In this document: piece by piece, positions 27,740 through 36,474 of the stretch | Layout of the letters: every line of letters starts with the position of its first letter | How positions within the stretch are numbered: position 1 is the first letter of the stretch | Assembly (NCBI GenBank): GCA_963799945.1 | Contig: CAWCZG010000007.1 | Span: forward strand, 404,440-468,439 | Length of the DNA stretch: 64,000 nt | From: an uncultured Actinomycetota bacterium | GTDB lineage: Bacteria > Actinomycetota > Actinomycetes > Mycobacteriales > Pseudonocardiaceae | Reading direction: 5' to 3' | Notes under the pieces: generated by a model | Seen by the model: only the letters and a program-made list of their open reading frames with translations | Database searches by the model: none | What the model was told of the DNA's origin: nothing | Translations under genes and position numbers: made by a program

Positions 27740-28177
27740 ATGCCCATCAAACTCGAGAACGTCGCTATCGCCGTCCGCGACCTCGAAGCGACGATCGCCT
27801 TCTTCACCGATCTCGGGCTGAGCGTGCTCGGCCGTGACACGGTCAGCGGAGAGTGGACCGACACCGCCGTCGGCCTCGACGGCAACCACGCCAAGATCGC
27901 CATGCTCCAGACTCCCGACGGCAACGGTCGCCTCGAGCTCTTCGAGTACATCCACCCCGACGCGATCGAGACGGAGCCCACTCTGCCCAACGAGATCGGC
28001 ATGCACCGCGTGGCGTTCTCGGTCGACGACATCGACGAAGCCCTCGCTATCGCCGCGAGGCACGGCTGCCACCCGTTGCGCGGCGTGGCGACCTATGAGG
28101 ACATCTACAAGCTCACGTACGTCCGCGGCCCCAGCGGCATCATCGTGATGCTCGCCGAGGAGCTGAAGAAGAGCTGA
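27740..28177 (+). CDS. VOC/glyoxalase family protein
   Basis: LENVAIAVRDL, IAMLQTPDGNGRLELFEY, GMHRVAFSVDDID, YVRGPSGIIVMLAE. Confidence 0.93.
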   Translation: MPIKLENVAIAVRDLEATIAFFTDLGLSVLGRDTVSGEWTDTAVGLDGNHAKIAMLQTPDGNGRLELFEYIHPDAIETEPTLPNEIGMHRVAFSVDDIDEALAIAARHGCHPLRGVATYEDIYKLTYVRGPSGIIVMLAEELKKS

Positions 28178-28252
28178 CCGCAGGCCGACGCGCCGGCCCG
28201 GCGTACCGAGGCCGTTGCTGAACCGGGCGCCGAAACCCGCCACGATGGGCGT

Positions 28253-29830
28253 GTGCTGGGACTGGAAATGGCGGTGGCCCTCGGCGTCGCCCTGGTTGTG
28301 TGCGGCGCGCTGGCGCGCAAGTACCCGATCGCACCGGCGATCTTGCTGGTGCTCGTGGGTGTGCTCATCGGTTTCGTGCCGCACCTCCGTCAGGCTGAGC
28401 TGCCACCGGAGGTCGTGCTGCTGCTCTTCCTGCCGGTGCTGCTCTACTGGGAGAGCCTGACCACCTCGCTCCGGGAGATCCGCAACAACCTGCGGGTCGT
28501 GGTCCTCAGCAGCACCGTCCTGGTCCTCGCCACCGCCGCAGCGGTGGCCGCCGCGGCGCACGCGATCGGCCTGCAGTGGGGGCCTGCCTGGGTCCTCGGC
28601 GCCGCGCTCGCGCCGACCGACGCGACCGCGGTCGGCGTCCTGGCCAGGAGGCTGCCCCGGCGGACCGTGACCGTGTTGCGCGCGGAGAGCCTCGTCAACG
28701 ACGGCACTGCACTGGTGATCTACGGCCTCGCGGTCGGGGTCACCGTCGGCGAGGAGCAACTGACGCCGCTGCACGTGAGCGGCCTGCTGATCTTGGCCTA
28801 CGGCGGCGGCCTGCTCACCGGCGCGCTGATGGGTCTGATCAGTTGGCAGGTGCGGCGCCGCATGGACGACCCGATGCTGGAGAACATCGCGATGCTGGTG
28901 ACGCCGTTCGCGGCGTTCCTGCTGGCCGAGACGATCCACGCGTCCGGGGTGCTGGCGGTCGTCGTGTGCGGTCTGTTCATGAGCCAGGTGACCCCGCGCA
29001 TCACCGGCGCGGTCACCCGGCGGACGTCCGACCCGTTCTGGACGGTCTCGACGACGGTGCTCAGCAGCGTCCTGTTCGTGCTCGTCGGGCTTCAGGCCCA
29101 GACCGCGGTCCGCGACCTCGCCAGCGTGTCGCTCATCAGCGCTCTGGTCGACGTCCTGCTGGTCACCGCGGTGGTGGTCGGCGTCCGCTGGCTGTGGCTC
29201 TACACCACGCCGTACATCATCCGCGCGCTCGACCGGCGGCCCGCGCAGCGGCTGCGCAGGCTCGGCGCCCGGCAGCGTTCGGTCAGCGGGGTGGCCGGGT
29301 TCCGCGGCGCGGTCTCGCTCGCCGCGGTGCTCGCCGTACCGCGCACCCTGGACTCCGGCGCGCCCTTCCCCGACCGCGACCTCATCGTGGTGATCACTTG
29401 CGGGGTGATCGTGCTGACGCTGCTGCAGGCGCTGCTGCTGCCGCGTGTGGTGCGGTTCGCGCGGCTCCCGGTGGACAACTCCGTCGCCGAGGAGCGGCAG
29501 TACGCCGAGGTGTTCATCACCGATGCCGCGATCGGCGCGATCGACGCCACCGCAGCCGAGTTGGACACCGACGAGCGGGTGGTCGAGCGGGTGCGGATGG
29601 AGATCGAGAAACGGCGGAAGGTGTTGGCCGCCGACGGCTCCGAGGGCGACCCGGTGACCCGGCACGACGACCAGTACACCAGCCTCTGGCTCGCCCTCAT
29701 CGCCCGCAAGCGCGAGGCGCTCCTCGGGCTGCGCGACGAGCAGCGGATCGACGACATCGTGCTGCGCCAGGTCCAGAACCTGCTCGACATCGAGGAAGTA
29801 CGGTTCTCCCGGGCCGACCCCGTGGACTGA
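28253..29830 (+). CDS. Na+/H+ antiporter, CPA1 family
   Basis: LFLPVLLY, LAPTDATAV, AESLVNDGTAL, SGVLAVV, GFRGAVSLAA. Confidence 0.93.
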   Translation: MLGLEMAVALGVALVVCGALARKYPIAPAILLVLVGVLIGFVPHLRQAELPPEVVLLLFLPVLLYWESLTTSLREIRNNLRVVVLSSTVLVLATAAAVAAAAHAIGLQWGPAWVLGAALAPTDATAVGVLARRLPRRTVTVLRAESLVNDGTALVIYGLAVGVTVGEEQLTPLHVSGLLILAYGGGLLTGALMGLISWQVRRRMDDPMLENIAMLVTPFAAFLLAETIHASGVLAVVVCGLFMSQVTPRITGAVTRRTSDPFWTVSTTVLSSVLFVLVGLQAQTAVRDLASVSLISALVDVLLVTAVVVGVRWLWLYTTPYIIRALDRRPAQRLRRLGARQRSVSGVAGFRGAVSLAAVLAVPRTLDSGAPFPDRDLIVVITCGVIVLTLLQALLLPRVVRFARLPVDNSVAEERQYAEVFITDAAIGAIDATAAELDTDERVVERVRMEIEKRRKVLAADGSEGDPVTRHDDQYTSLWLALIARKREALLGLRDEQRIDDIVLRQVQNLLDIEEVRFSRADPVD

Positions 29831-29900
29831 GGGTCACTGCTGTACCGAACTCTCCTCCCGCCATAGGCTCGGCATGATCGACCCGAGCAGGAGGCGTGTC

Positions 29901-30134
29901 ATGGATCTTCAGGAAGTGCTGTCGAAGGTGGCCGAGCTCAGCCGGGAGGAGCTCCACATCGTTCGCAAACGAGCCGAGGAGAAGACGGCTGCCCGCGACC
30001 ACGGCAAGGACTTCGACGAGATGCGCGCCGCCGCGGACCGCCTCGACCACTACGCGCACCTGCTGCACCGCCTGCACGACAACGAGTTCGGCGACCGGTG
30101 GCGCCACGAGAGCCGCAGCGACCCGGCATCCTGA
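29901..30134 (+). CDS. Small helical hypothetical protein
   Basis: AGGAGG RBS; 77 aa; GC3-rich codons. Confidence 0.6.
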   Translation: MDLQEVLSKVAELSREELHIVRKRAEEKTAARDHGKDFDEMRAAADRLDHYAHLLHRLHDNEFGDRWRHESRSDPAS

Positions 30135-30340
30135 GCGCGCCTGCACGCCGGACGAAAAGCGATGACCGACCCTCCTCCACCGGCCGCTGACCGAGCTGCG
30201 GGGGGGTCCGACCGGGACGAGGCGATCGCACCCATCCCCGCCGCGTGCCGCACCCTGGCTCGACACGCGGAAGGGCGACGTGCTCGGTAGTCCCGCACTT
30301 CGCCACGAAGACGGCTGCGCGGGCGCTACCGTCGTCCACT

Positions 30341-30478
30341 ATGTCCGAGAGCGTCCCTCCGGGGCAGAGCGTGATGCTGGGCGGCGGCTTCTACAGCCAC
30401 AACTCACGACCACAGCGCGCCGCGGCGAGCGTGGCCGACGCGGCCGTGGTGACTCGCTGTCTCCCCAGGGCTAGCTGA
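30341..30478 (+). pseudogene. N-terminal fragment of a SAM-dependent carboxyl methyltransferase (SABATH-like)
   Basis: VMLGGGFYSHNSRPQ resembles the MxGxGxYxxNSxxQ N-terminal motif; cut by the neighbouring gene. Confidence 0.45.
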
Positions 30479-31772
30479 AGTCGACGACCTGCAGGTTCAG
30501 CGGCAGCTGTTTGGCGTGCGGCCCGGCGAGCTTCGCCGGGTCCACCGGGACGACCGGTGCCTGAGGCGGGAACGGCGAGCTGAGCTTCTGCTCGTCGGTG
30601 ACGACGCCGCGGCCGGTGAAGCTGGTGAAGACGAAGGGCAGTCCGTTGGAGAGCAGCAACGACGGGCCGTCCATGATCTCGAAGTGCAGGTGGGGCGCGT
30701 CGGTGTTGCCGGTGTTGCCGAGCAACCCGAGGACGTCCCCGGCCCGCACCCGATCGCCGACCTTGACTTTGAAGGCGTTGGGTTGCATGTGGCCGTAGAA
30801 GGCGAAGCGACCGTTGCCGATGTCGATGGACACGTAGTTGCCGTCCCCGGTCTGAACGGTCTTGCCCACCGGCAACTTGCCCGGCGTCTCCTCGGGGTTG
30901 CCGTCCAGGACGCGGACGACGGTGCCGTCTGCCGCCGCCCGGATCTGCGCGCCGAAGAACGGGAACGATGCGACGTCGGCCGGATTGCCGGTGTACAGCT
31001 GCCCCGTCGGACCGAGTTGGACGAAGTCGATCGCGAACCGCTGGGCGACGTGGACGGTGCCGTCGACGGCGAGGGTGGCGCCCCGGTGCGCGGTGATGGC
31101 GTCGCAGCACCCGTTGCCCATGACCCAGCCGTTGCCCTGCAGGGGCGGAGCGACCTCGACGGCTTGCTGGTCGGAGACGGTCACCGGCACGCCGGTGAAG
31201 GTGACGCTCTGCGGGAGTGGCGGCGGCGGGTCGTTGCCCTCGGCGCCGGGATCTTGGGGCGGCGGTGCGCTCTGCATGGTCAAGGCGAAGCGGTGTCGGA
31301 GCAGACGCGGCACCGGTGATCCGGCAGGCAAGGTCGCGTCGAAGAACAGGTGGCCTGCCTCGCCGGGCGCCAGTCCGTCGCCCTTCTCCCCTCCCAGCGG
31401 CCGGAACAGCCGGTCCAGGTCTGCCCCCTGCAATGTCGTGATGGTGGCGTCGTTGTTATCGGCATCAAGGGTCGCGACGCTGCCCAGTTGCACGGTGGAG
31501 TGGCTCTGGTTGACGAGCAGCAGCTCGTAGGCCAGGTGGATGCGGTCGTCCGCGCCGAGCACGGGGTCGACCTCGGACAGCGGCGTCACGGCGAGCGCGG
31601 TGAACGCGAATCCCTCGTCGTAGGTCGACGACGGTGGCGGGGCGGTGGTCGTCGGTGTGCTCGAGGATGCTTCGGGTGTGGCGCACCCAGCCAGCGTGAG
31701 CAGGGCCGCGGCGAGCACGGCCCAGCCGCGGCGCGACCGATCCACCCGCCGGACATCTGCGGTGTCCACCAC
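30471..31772 (-). CDS. M23 family peptidase-like lipoprotein
   Basis: LAGC lipobox; QRFAIDF, AAADGTVV, GNYVSIDIG, YGHMQ, LGNTGNTDAPHLHF. Confidence 0.88.
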   Translation of the reverse strand: MVDTADVRRVDRSRRGWAVLAAALLTLAGCATPEASSSTPTTTAPPPSSTYDEGFAFTALAVTPLSEVDPVLGADDRIHLAYELLLVNQSHSTVQLGSVATLDADNNDATITTLQGADLDRLFRPLGGEKGDGLAPGEAGHLFFDATLPAGSPVPRLLRHRFALTMQSAPPPQDPGAEGNDPPPPLPQSVTFTGVPVTVSDQQAVEVAPPLQGNGWVMGNGCCDAITAHRGATLAVDGTVHVAQRFAIDFVQLGPTGQLYTGNPADVASFPFFGAQIRAAADGTVVRVLDGNPEETPGKLPVGKTVQTGDGNYVSIDIGNGRFAFYGHMQPNAFKVKVGDRVRAGDVLGLLGNTGNTDAPHLHFEIMDGPSLLLSNGLPFVFTSFTGRGVVTDEQKLSSPFPPQAPVVPVDPAKLAGPHAKQLPLNLQVVDFS

Positions 31773-31859
31773 GAGAGCCTCCTCAGACGCCCGACGCATC
31801 GCCCAAATTCTGTGCGGCGATCGACGGTCCGGGAATGGACGCAGCTCCAACCCAGACCC

Positions 31860-31873
31860 TGGACCTAGGTCCA
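31860..31873. promoter_or_regulatory. Palindromic site, candidate NarL-type response regulator box
   Basis: Perfect 14 bp palindrome TGGACCTAGGTCCA between the divergent M23 gene and response regulator. Confidence 0.55.
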
Positions 31874-32088
31874 AAGTCCTCTGGGCGCATGAGGCTCGCC
31901 GGGGCCCCCTCCGAGGCGGCACGCGCGGCAGGCACGGCGATCGCCTGCCCGGTGGACGGGTGGCCCGCCACGGCGCCGAGGCAGCGCGGGACCACCTCCA
32001 GACCGCCGGCCGAAGATCCATGCCCCGGCCGAGTGGCGCGCTGGACCGACGTCGCGTGGTGCGCGACGATCTTACCCGGTGAAGGGAT

Positions 32089-32144
32089 CACAGCCGTCCG
32101 AGCAAGGGCACCCGGCTGCGCGTCGAGCTGCCATGCGAGTCGTG
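32089..32144 (+). pseudogene. C-terminal stub of a deleted sensor histidine kinase
   Basis: HSRPSKGTRLRVELPCES* overlapping the response regulator ATG, the usual kinase-regulator junction. Confidence 0.7.
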
Positions 32145-32780
32145 ATCGGCGAGGACGAGGCCCTGCTCCGCGAGGGCCTCGTCCTCCTGCTGCAAGGCGC
32201 CGGGTTCGAGGTGGCAGGGGTCGCGGACAACGCCCCGGCCCTCATCGAGCTGGCCGACCAGCAGCAGCCCGACCTCGTCCTGACCGACATCCGCATGCCA
32301 CCCGAACACACCGAGGACGGCCTGCGCGCCGCCATCATCATCCGTGCGCATCGGCCCCAGACCGCAATCCTGGTGCTCTCCCAGTACGTGCACCGCCAAT
32401 ACGCGCGCGAGTTGCTCGGCGACCGCCCAGGTGGCGTCGGTTACCTGCTCAAACAGCGCGTCGCCGACGTCGAGGGCTTCTGCCGCGACGTCCGCATCGT
32501 GGCGCAAGGCGGCACCGTGCTCGACCCCGAAGTCGTCTCGGCGATGTTCGCCCGTGCCCGCACCGACCACGACGCGCTGACCCTCCTCACCCCCCGCCAG
32601 GCCGACGTCATCGCGCTGCTCGCCCAAGGCCGCACCAACGCAGGCATCGCCCGCAGACTCGGGATCTCCGAGAAGGCCGTTGTGCACCACGTCTCGCGCA
32701 TCTACGACTTCCTCGGCCTCGCGATCAGCGACGACGACCACCGCCGGGTCCTCGCCGTGATCCGCTATCTGAACTCGTAG
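32133..32780 (+). CDS. NarL/LuxR-family response regulator
   Basis: VVIGEDEALLREGL, PDLVLTDIRMPP, VLSQY, GYLLK, LTPRQ..GRTNAGIA. Confidence 0.95.
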   Translation: MRVVIGEDEALLREGLVLLLQGAGFEVAGVADNAPALIELADQQQPDLVLTDIRMPPEHTEDGLRAAIIIRAHRPQTAILVLSQYVHRQYARELLGDRPGGVGYLLKQRVADVEGFCRDVRIVAQGGTVLDPEVVSAMFARARTDHDALTLLTPRQADVIALLAQGRTNAGIARRLGISEKAVVHHVSRIYDFLGLAISDDDHRRVLAVIRYLNS

Positions 32781-32950
32781 CCGGTGCCGACCGAGGAGGC
32801 TGACCACCGTGGCACCGCAGGCGATCAGACGTCCAAGCCGGTTGCTGCGGCAGGGCGGCACCATTCTCGACGGCGCCAGGATTGGGCGCTTTGCCAAACG
32901 CCCCGACAGGTCCCGGTGGTCAGTGCAACGGGACGGACAACCGACACCGC

Positions 32951-34156
32951 TCAGGCGGTGGTGATCGGGTACCAGTCGAGGCAGACCGCGGTCGCGTCGT
33001 CGGCGAGCGGCCCGGAGCGGTAGTCGGTCACGGCTCTGGTGAGGCGCCGGACGAACTCCACCGGCGGCAGGTCGGAGTGGGAACGAAGCATCTCGGCGAC
33101 GCGATCGAGCCCGAACTCCGGCCCTCCCAGGTCGTGGGCCTCGTCGATGCCGTCGGTGAGCAGGAGCAGCCGGTCTCCGGGGAGCAACTCGATGGGCCGC
33201 AGTCGGTACTGCGTGTCGGGTGACAGGCCGAGGGGTGGGTCGACGGACTGGGTCACGCTGCTCACCTCTCCCCCACGCAGCAGCATCGGGGGCGGGTGCC
33301 CGGCGTTGATGAGGGACCCGCGACCGGTGGCCACCTCGACTTGCAGGATCAGACCGGTCACGAACTCAGAATGCGCGAACTGCTCGACCAGGTGCCGGTT
33401 CGCCGTCCGGGCCTGGTCCAGGATCGTTGCGCCGGAGCGGCGGGCGTTGCGCATCGCGGACACGGTCAGGCTGCTCAGCATCGCCGCGCGCAGGCCGTGC
33501 CCGACGGCGTCGGTGACCGACACGGTGAGCAGTTGGGCGCTGACGGCGTAGTCGAAGGTGTCACCGCCGATGTCGTAGGCGGGCTCGAGGGCTCCGGCGA
33601 TCGAGAACCTGGGCAGCTCGTAGGCCAGCACGGGCAACAGTTCCCACTGGATCTCGGCCGCGAGGCCGAGGTCGCGGCGGCGGCGCAGCGTCTCGAACTC
33701 ATCCGTGTAGCGCCGGGCACCGGTCAGGACGTAAGCGAGGATCTGCGCGACGTCGTTCAGGATGTCGAGGTGGTCCCCCTCGCTCGTCGTGCGCCGGGTG
33801 ATCGCCAGGACACCGAGGCGCTCGGTCCGCATCGACACCGGCAGATAGGTCACCGTGGTATCGGGCGGCACGTCACCGGTGGTCGGCACAGCGACATGGA
33901 CAGCGCGCTGTTGCCGGTAGGCGCGGCCCGCGTCGCTGTCGTTGACGTCGAGCCGCGGCATCTTCGTCGTGCCATCGGCACCGGGCACGGGTTCCAAGCT
34001 GGTCTCGCTGTAGTCGGCCAACAGCAGCTCACATTGCTGGACGCCAAGGTTGTGGATCACCCACGTGCGACAGACCTCGACGAGCTCCGACGGCGCAGAC
34101 CGATCCAGCTCGCGCACCAGACCGCCGAGTACGGGCGATACGGAAGGCGCGCTCAC
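32951..34156 (-). CDS. PP2C/SpoIIE (RsbU-like) phosphatase
   Basis: LAAEIQWELLP, EPAYDIGGDTFDY, DAVGHG, NAGHP, LLTDGI, DDATAVCLDW; start 34156 inferred. Confidence 0.92.
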   Translation of the reverse strand: MSAPSVSPVLGGLVRELDRSAPSELVEVCRTWVIHNLGVQQCELLLADYSETSLEPVPGADGTTKMPRLDVNDSDAGRAYRQQRAVHVAVPTTGDVPPDTTVTYLPVSMRTERLGVLAITRRTTSEGDHLDILNDVAQILAYVLTGARRYTDEFETLRRRRDLGLAAEIQWELLPVLAYELPRFSIAGALEPAYDIGGDTFDYAVSAQLLTVSVTDAVGHGLRAAMLSSLTVSAMRNARRSGATILDQARTANRHLVEQFAHSEFVTGLILQVEVATGRGSLINAGHPPPMLLRGGEVSSVTQSVDPPLGLSPDTQYRLRPIELLPGDRLLLLTDGIDEAHDLGGPEFGLDRVAEMLRSHSDLPPVEFVRRLTRAVTDYRSGPLADDATAVCLDWYPITTA

Positions 34157-34245
34157 CGCTGGAGCCTTGCACAGTGGCACGTCACGTCTGTCACTCCCGC
34201 CCGAGTTCGCGCAGCCCGGCCCGTCCACGATCGTGGGCGGACGGA

Positions 34246-34975
34246 TCAGTGGAGGAGTTGGCTGCGCAGGCCCGCGATGACGATGTCCAATCCTTCGTCG
34301 AGCTCGGCGGCGCCATCGTAGGCGGCCAGGACCGTGGCGAGGGAGCGCAGCCGGGGGAACTGGGCGATGGGCAAGCGGTGGAGTCCGAGGCGCAGCACGT
34401 CCTCGGTCTCGTCGGGATCGGGAACCTGCTGCTGCAGTTCGTCCTGGATGTGGCCGTGGAGGAGGCCGACGAACAGCCGGGTGGCGTGCAGCGCACCGCG
34501 GGGGTCGAACCCGGCACCGATGAACACCTCGAGCAGCTCCTCCAGGGGCCGCAGCGTGCCCAACGGTCTCAGCGCGAGCGGACCGGTCACCGACCGGGCC
34601 ACCAGGAGCGGCACCGCGTTGGGGTGGGCGAGGGCGATCCGGCGGAACGCGTGAGCGGTGCTCCGCAGAAGGGTCTCCCAGCCCCCGTGCTCGCCGCCGT
34701 CGCCGTCCGCCGTCGCCGCGAGACACGACCAGTTCAGACAAGACATGTTCCACGACCCCGTCGAGCAGGGCGTCCTTGTCCGCGGCGTGGCGGTAGATCC
34801 CCATCGGGTTGCGGTCGAGGGCCTGCCCGAGCCTGCGCATCGTGAGCGCTTCGACACCGTCTCGATCGATGATCTGCAGAGCGGCGACCAGCACCTGCTC
34901 ACGGGTCAGCGCCGCCCGGCGCCCCGCCCGGGGCTGCACAGCCGACGGCCGGACCCGGGAGGCGTCGTTCGGCAT
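34246..34975 (-). CDS. TetR (TetR_C class) regulator with a frameshift near 34710 (error or pseudogene)
   Basis: HTH LTREQVL...LTMRRLG...IYRHAADKDALLD in one frame; WETLLR...AHP...LDEGLDIVIAGL in the next; break lies in a GGCGAC repeat tract. Confidence 0.85.
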
Positions 34976-35001
34976 CCTCGCTCCTCACTAGGGGGAGCGT
35001 C

Positions 35002-35019
35002 AGCATACGGCGTATTGCT
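35002..35019. promoter_or_regulatory. Candidate TetR operator
   Basis: AGCATACGGCGTATTGCT with ATACG-G-CGTAT core, in an AT-rich patch upstream of tetR. Confidence 0.45.
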
Positions 35020-35313
35020 AACTTGTCTATATACACCTACTGTGAACGAGGTATCGCACCGTGGATTCCGGGTCCACGAGGCGCAACCCCGACCTGGCAG
35101 GGTGCCGGGTATTGATTTGACCGACACCATGGTGAAGGCGCAGCAGGAAACCTTCGCCGGCATGATCGGCGCCGCCACCACCACGGCGAAGGATCTCTCC
35201 CTCGCCGTAGCGCGCACCCCATCGTCGACGCTGGACCGGATTGGGCAGGACCAGCGCTAACGCGCCGAGCAGACCGTTCGGGCCCGGCCGCTCGTCCAGG
35301 GAGTCTGGCGTTC

Positions 35314-35343
35314 GGCCGGGTCCGCGTCTGGTTGGACCCGGCC
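35314..35343 (+). terminator. Hairpin upstream of the GAF-ANTAR gene
   Basis: GGCCGGGTCC / GGACCCGGCC perfect 10 bp stem. Confidence 0.4.
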
Positions 35344-35442
35344 TTCAGCGCCGATATCTCGCTGTTGCAGGTGGCGACGGCACCAGCCCACGCCAGGGCA
35401 GGTCGAGACGGCTGCTCATCCACGAGAGCGAGGTGACCGGTG

Positions 35443-36153
35443 ATGGTCGAGCGGTACGACTGGGAGGTCATGGCCGTGCGACTCGCCGCCATGGCGCGGG
35501 ACCTGCTGTCGCAGGACTCGGTACAGGCAACGCTGGACCGGATCGTCCAGCACGCGGTCGAGCTCGTCGAGGGTTGCGATGCCGCAGGGATCCTGGTGGT
35601 GCGCAAGCGCGAGGTGCTGACCATCGCAGCGACCGACAACGTCGCACTGGTATCGGACCGGATGCAGGGCGAACTGCGCGAAGGGCCGTGCTTCGACGCG
35701 ACGACGCAGAAGCAGCACGTCTACCGGATCGCGGACATGACCCTGGTCGGCGACCTCTGGCCCGACTACACGCCGCGCGCCCGTGCGCTGGGCGTCGGCT
35801 CGATGATGGGTTTCCTGCTCTTCACCACCGGCACCGACAACCTGGGTGCCCTCAACATGTACTCGTCACGCGTGAACGCGTTCACCGACGACTCCGAGCG
35901 CATCGGCCTGATGGTGGCCTCTCACGCCGCGGTCGCTCTGGCGAGCGCCCGGCAGGAGGCCAACCTGCGGATCGCGCTCGACACCTCGCGCACGATCGGT
36001 GAGGCCATCGGGATCATCATGGCCCGCCGCAAACTCACCGAGCCGGCAGCGTTCGAACTGCTGCTGCACGCGTCCCAGAGCACCAACACCAAGCTCCGCG
36101 ACATCGCCGAGACGGTCACCCGAACCGGCGACATCCCCGACCGTGTCGCTTAG
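35443..36153 (+). CDS. GAF-ANTAR domain protein
   Basis: LREGPCFDA, LGALNMYS, ALDTSRTIGEAIGIIMAR...AFELLLHASQSTNTKLRDIA. Confidence 0.93.
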   Translation: MVERYDWEVMAVRLAAMARDLLSQDSVQATLDRIVQHAVELVEGCDAAGILVVRKREVLTIAATDNVALVSDRMQGELREGPCFDATTQKQHVYRIADMTLVGDLWPDYTPRARALGVGSMMGFLLFTTGTDNLGALNMYSSRVNAFTDDSERIGLMVASHAAVALASARQEANLRIALDTSRTIGEAIGIIMARRKLTEPAAFELLLHASQSTNTKLRDIAETVTRTGDIPDRVA

Positions 36154-36474
36154 CTCCTCCGAGCATCACCCGGAAACCGACCAGCACAACGATGTGCGGT
36201 GGCCAAGTGCCAGAAGGCGCGCAGCACTACGGCGTCGAATCCCGGGTCCCCGGCCGCCCCGGCACCGAGAAGCGTGGACGGCGCCGATATCGGGTACGCC
36301 GTCGGAATCGGGAAGGGAACCTGATGGCCGCCGTCGCTCCAGTCGGTCACGACCGCCCACCGCCTTCGGCGGGTGGGCTGCCGTCGTGCCCGATCGAGCG
36401 CGCACTGACCCGACGCCGGTCTGAACGGCACCGCCCGAGGCTTCTGTCGGAGGTCGTACAGGGAGGTCACTGAG

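Noticed and set aside
35117-35260. Small ORF LTDTMVKAQQETFAG... after a GGGTAT box
   Set aside because: No RBS or recognisable family; may be a remnant and cannot be supported
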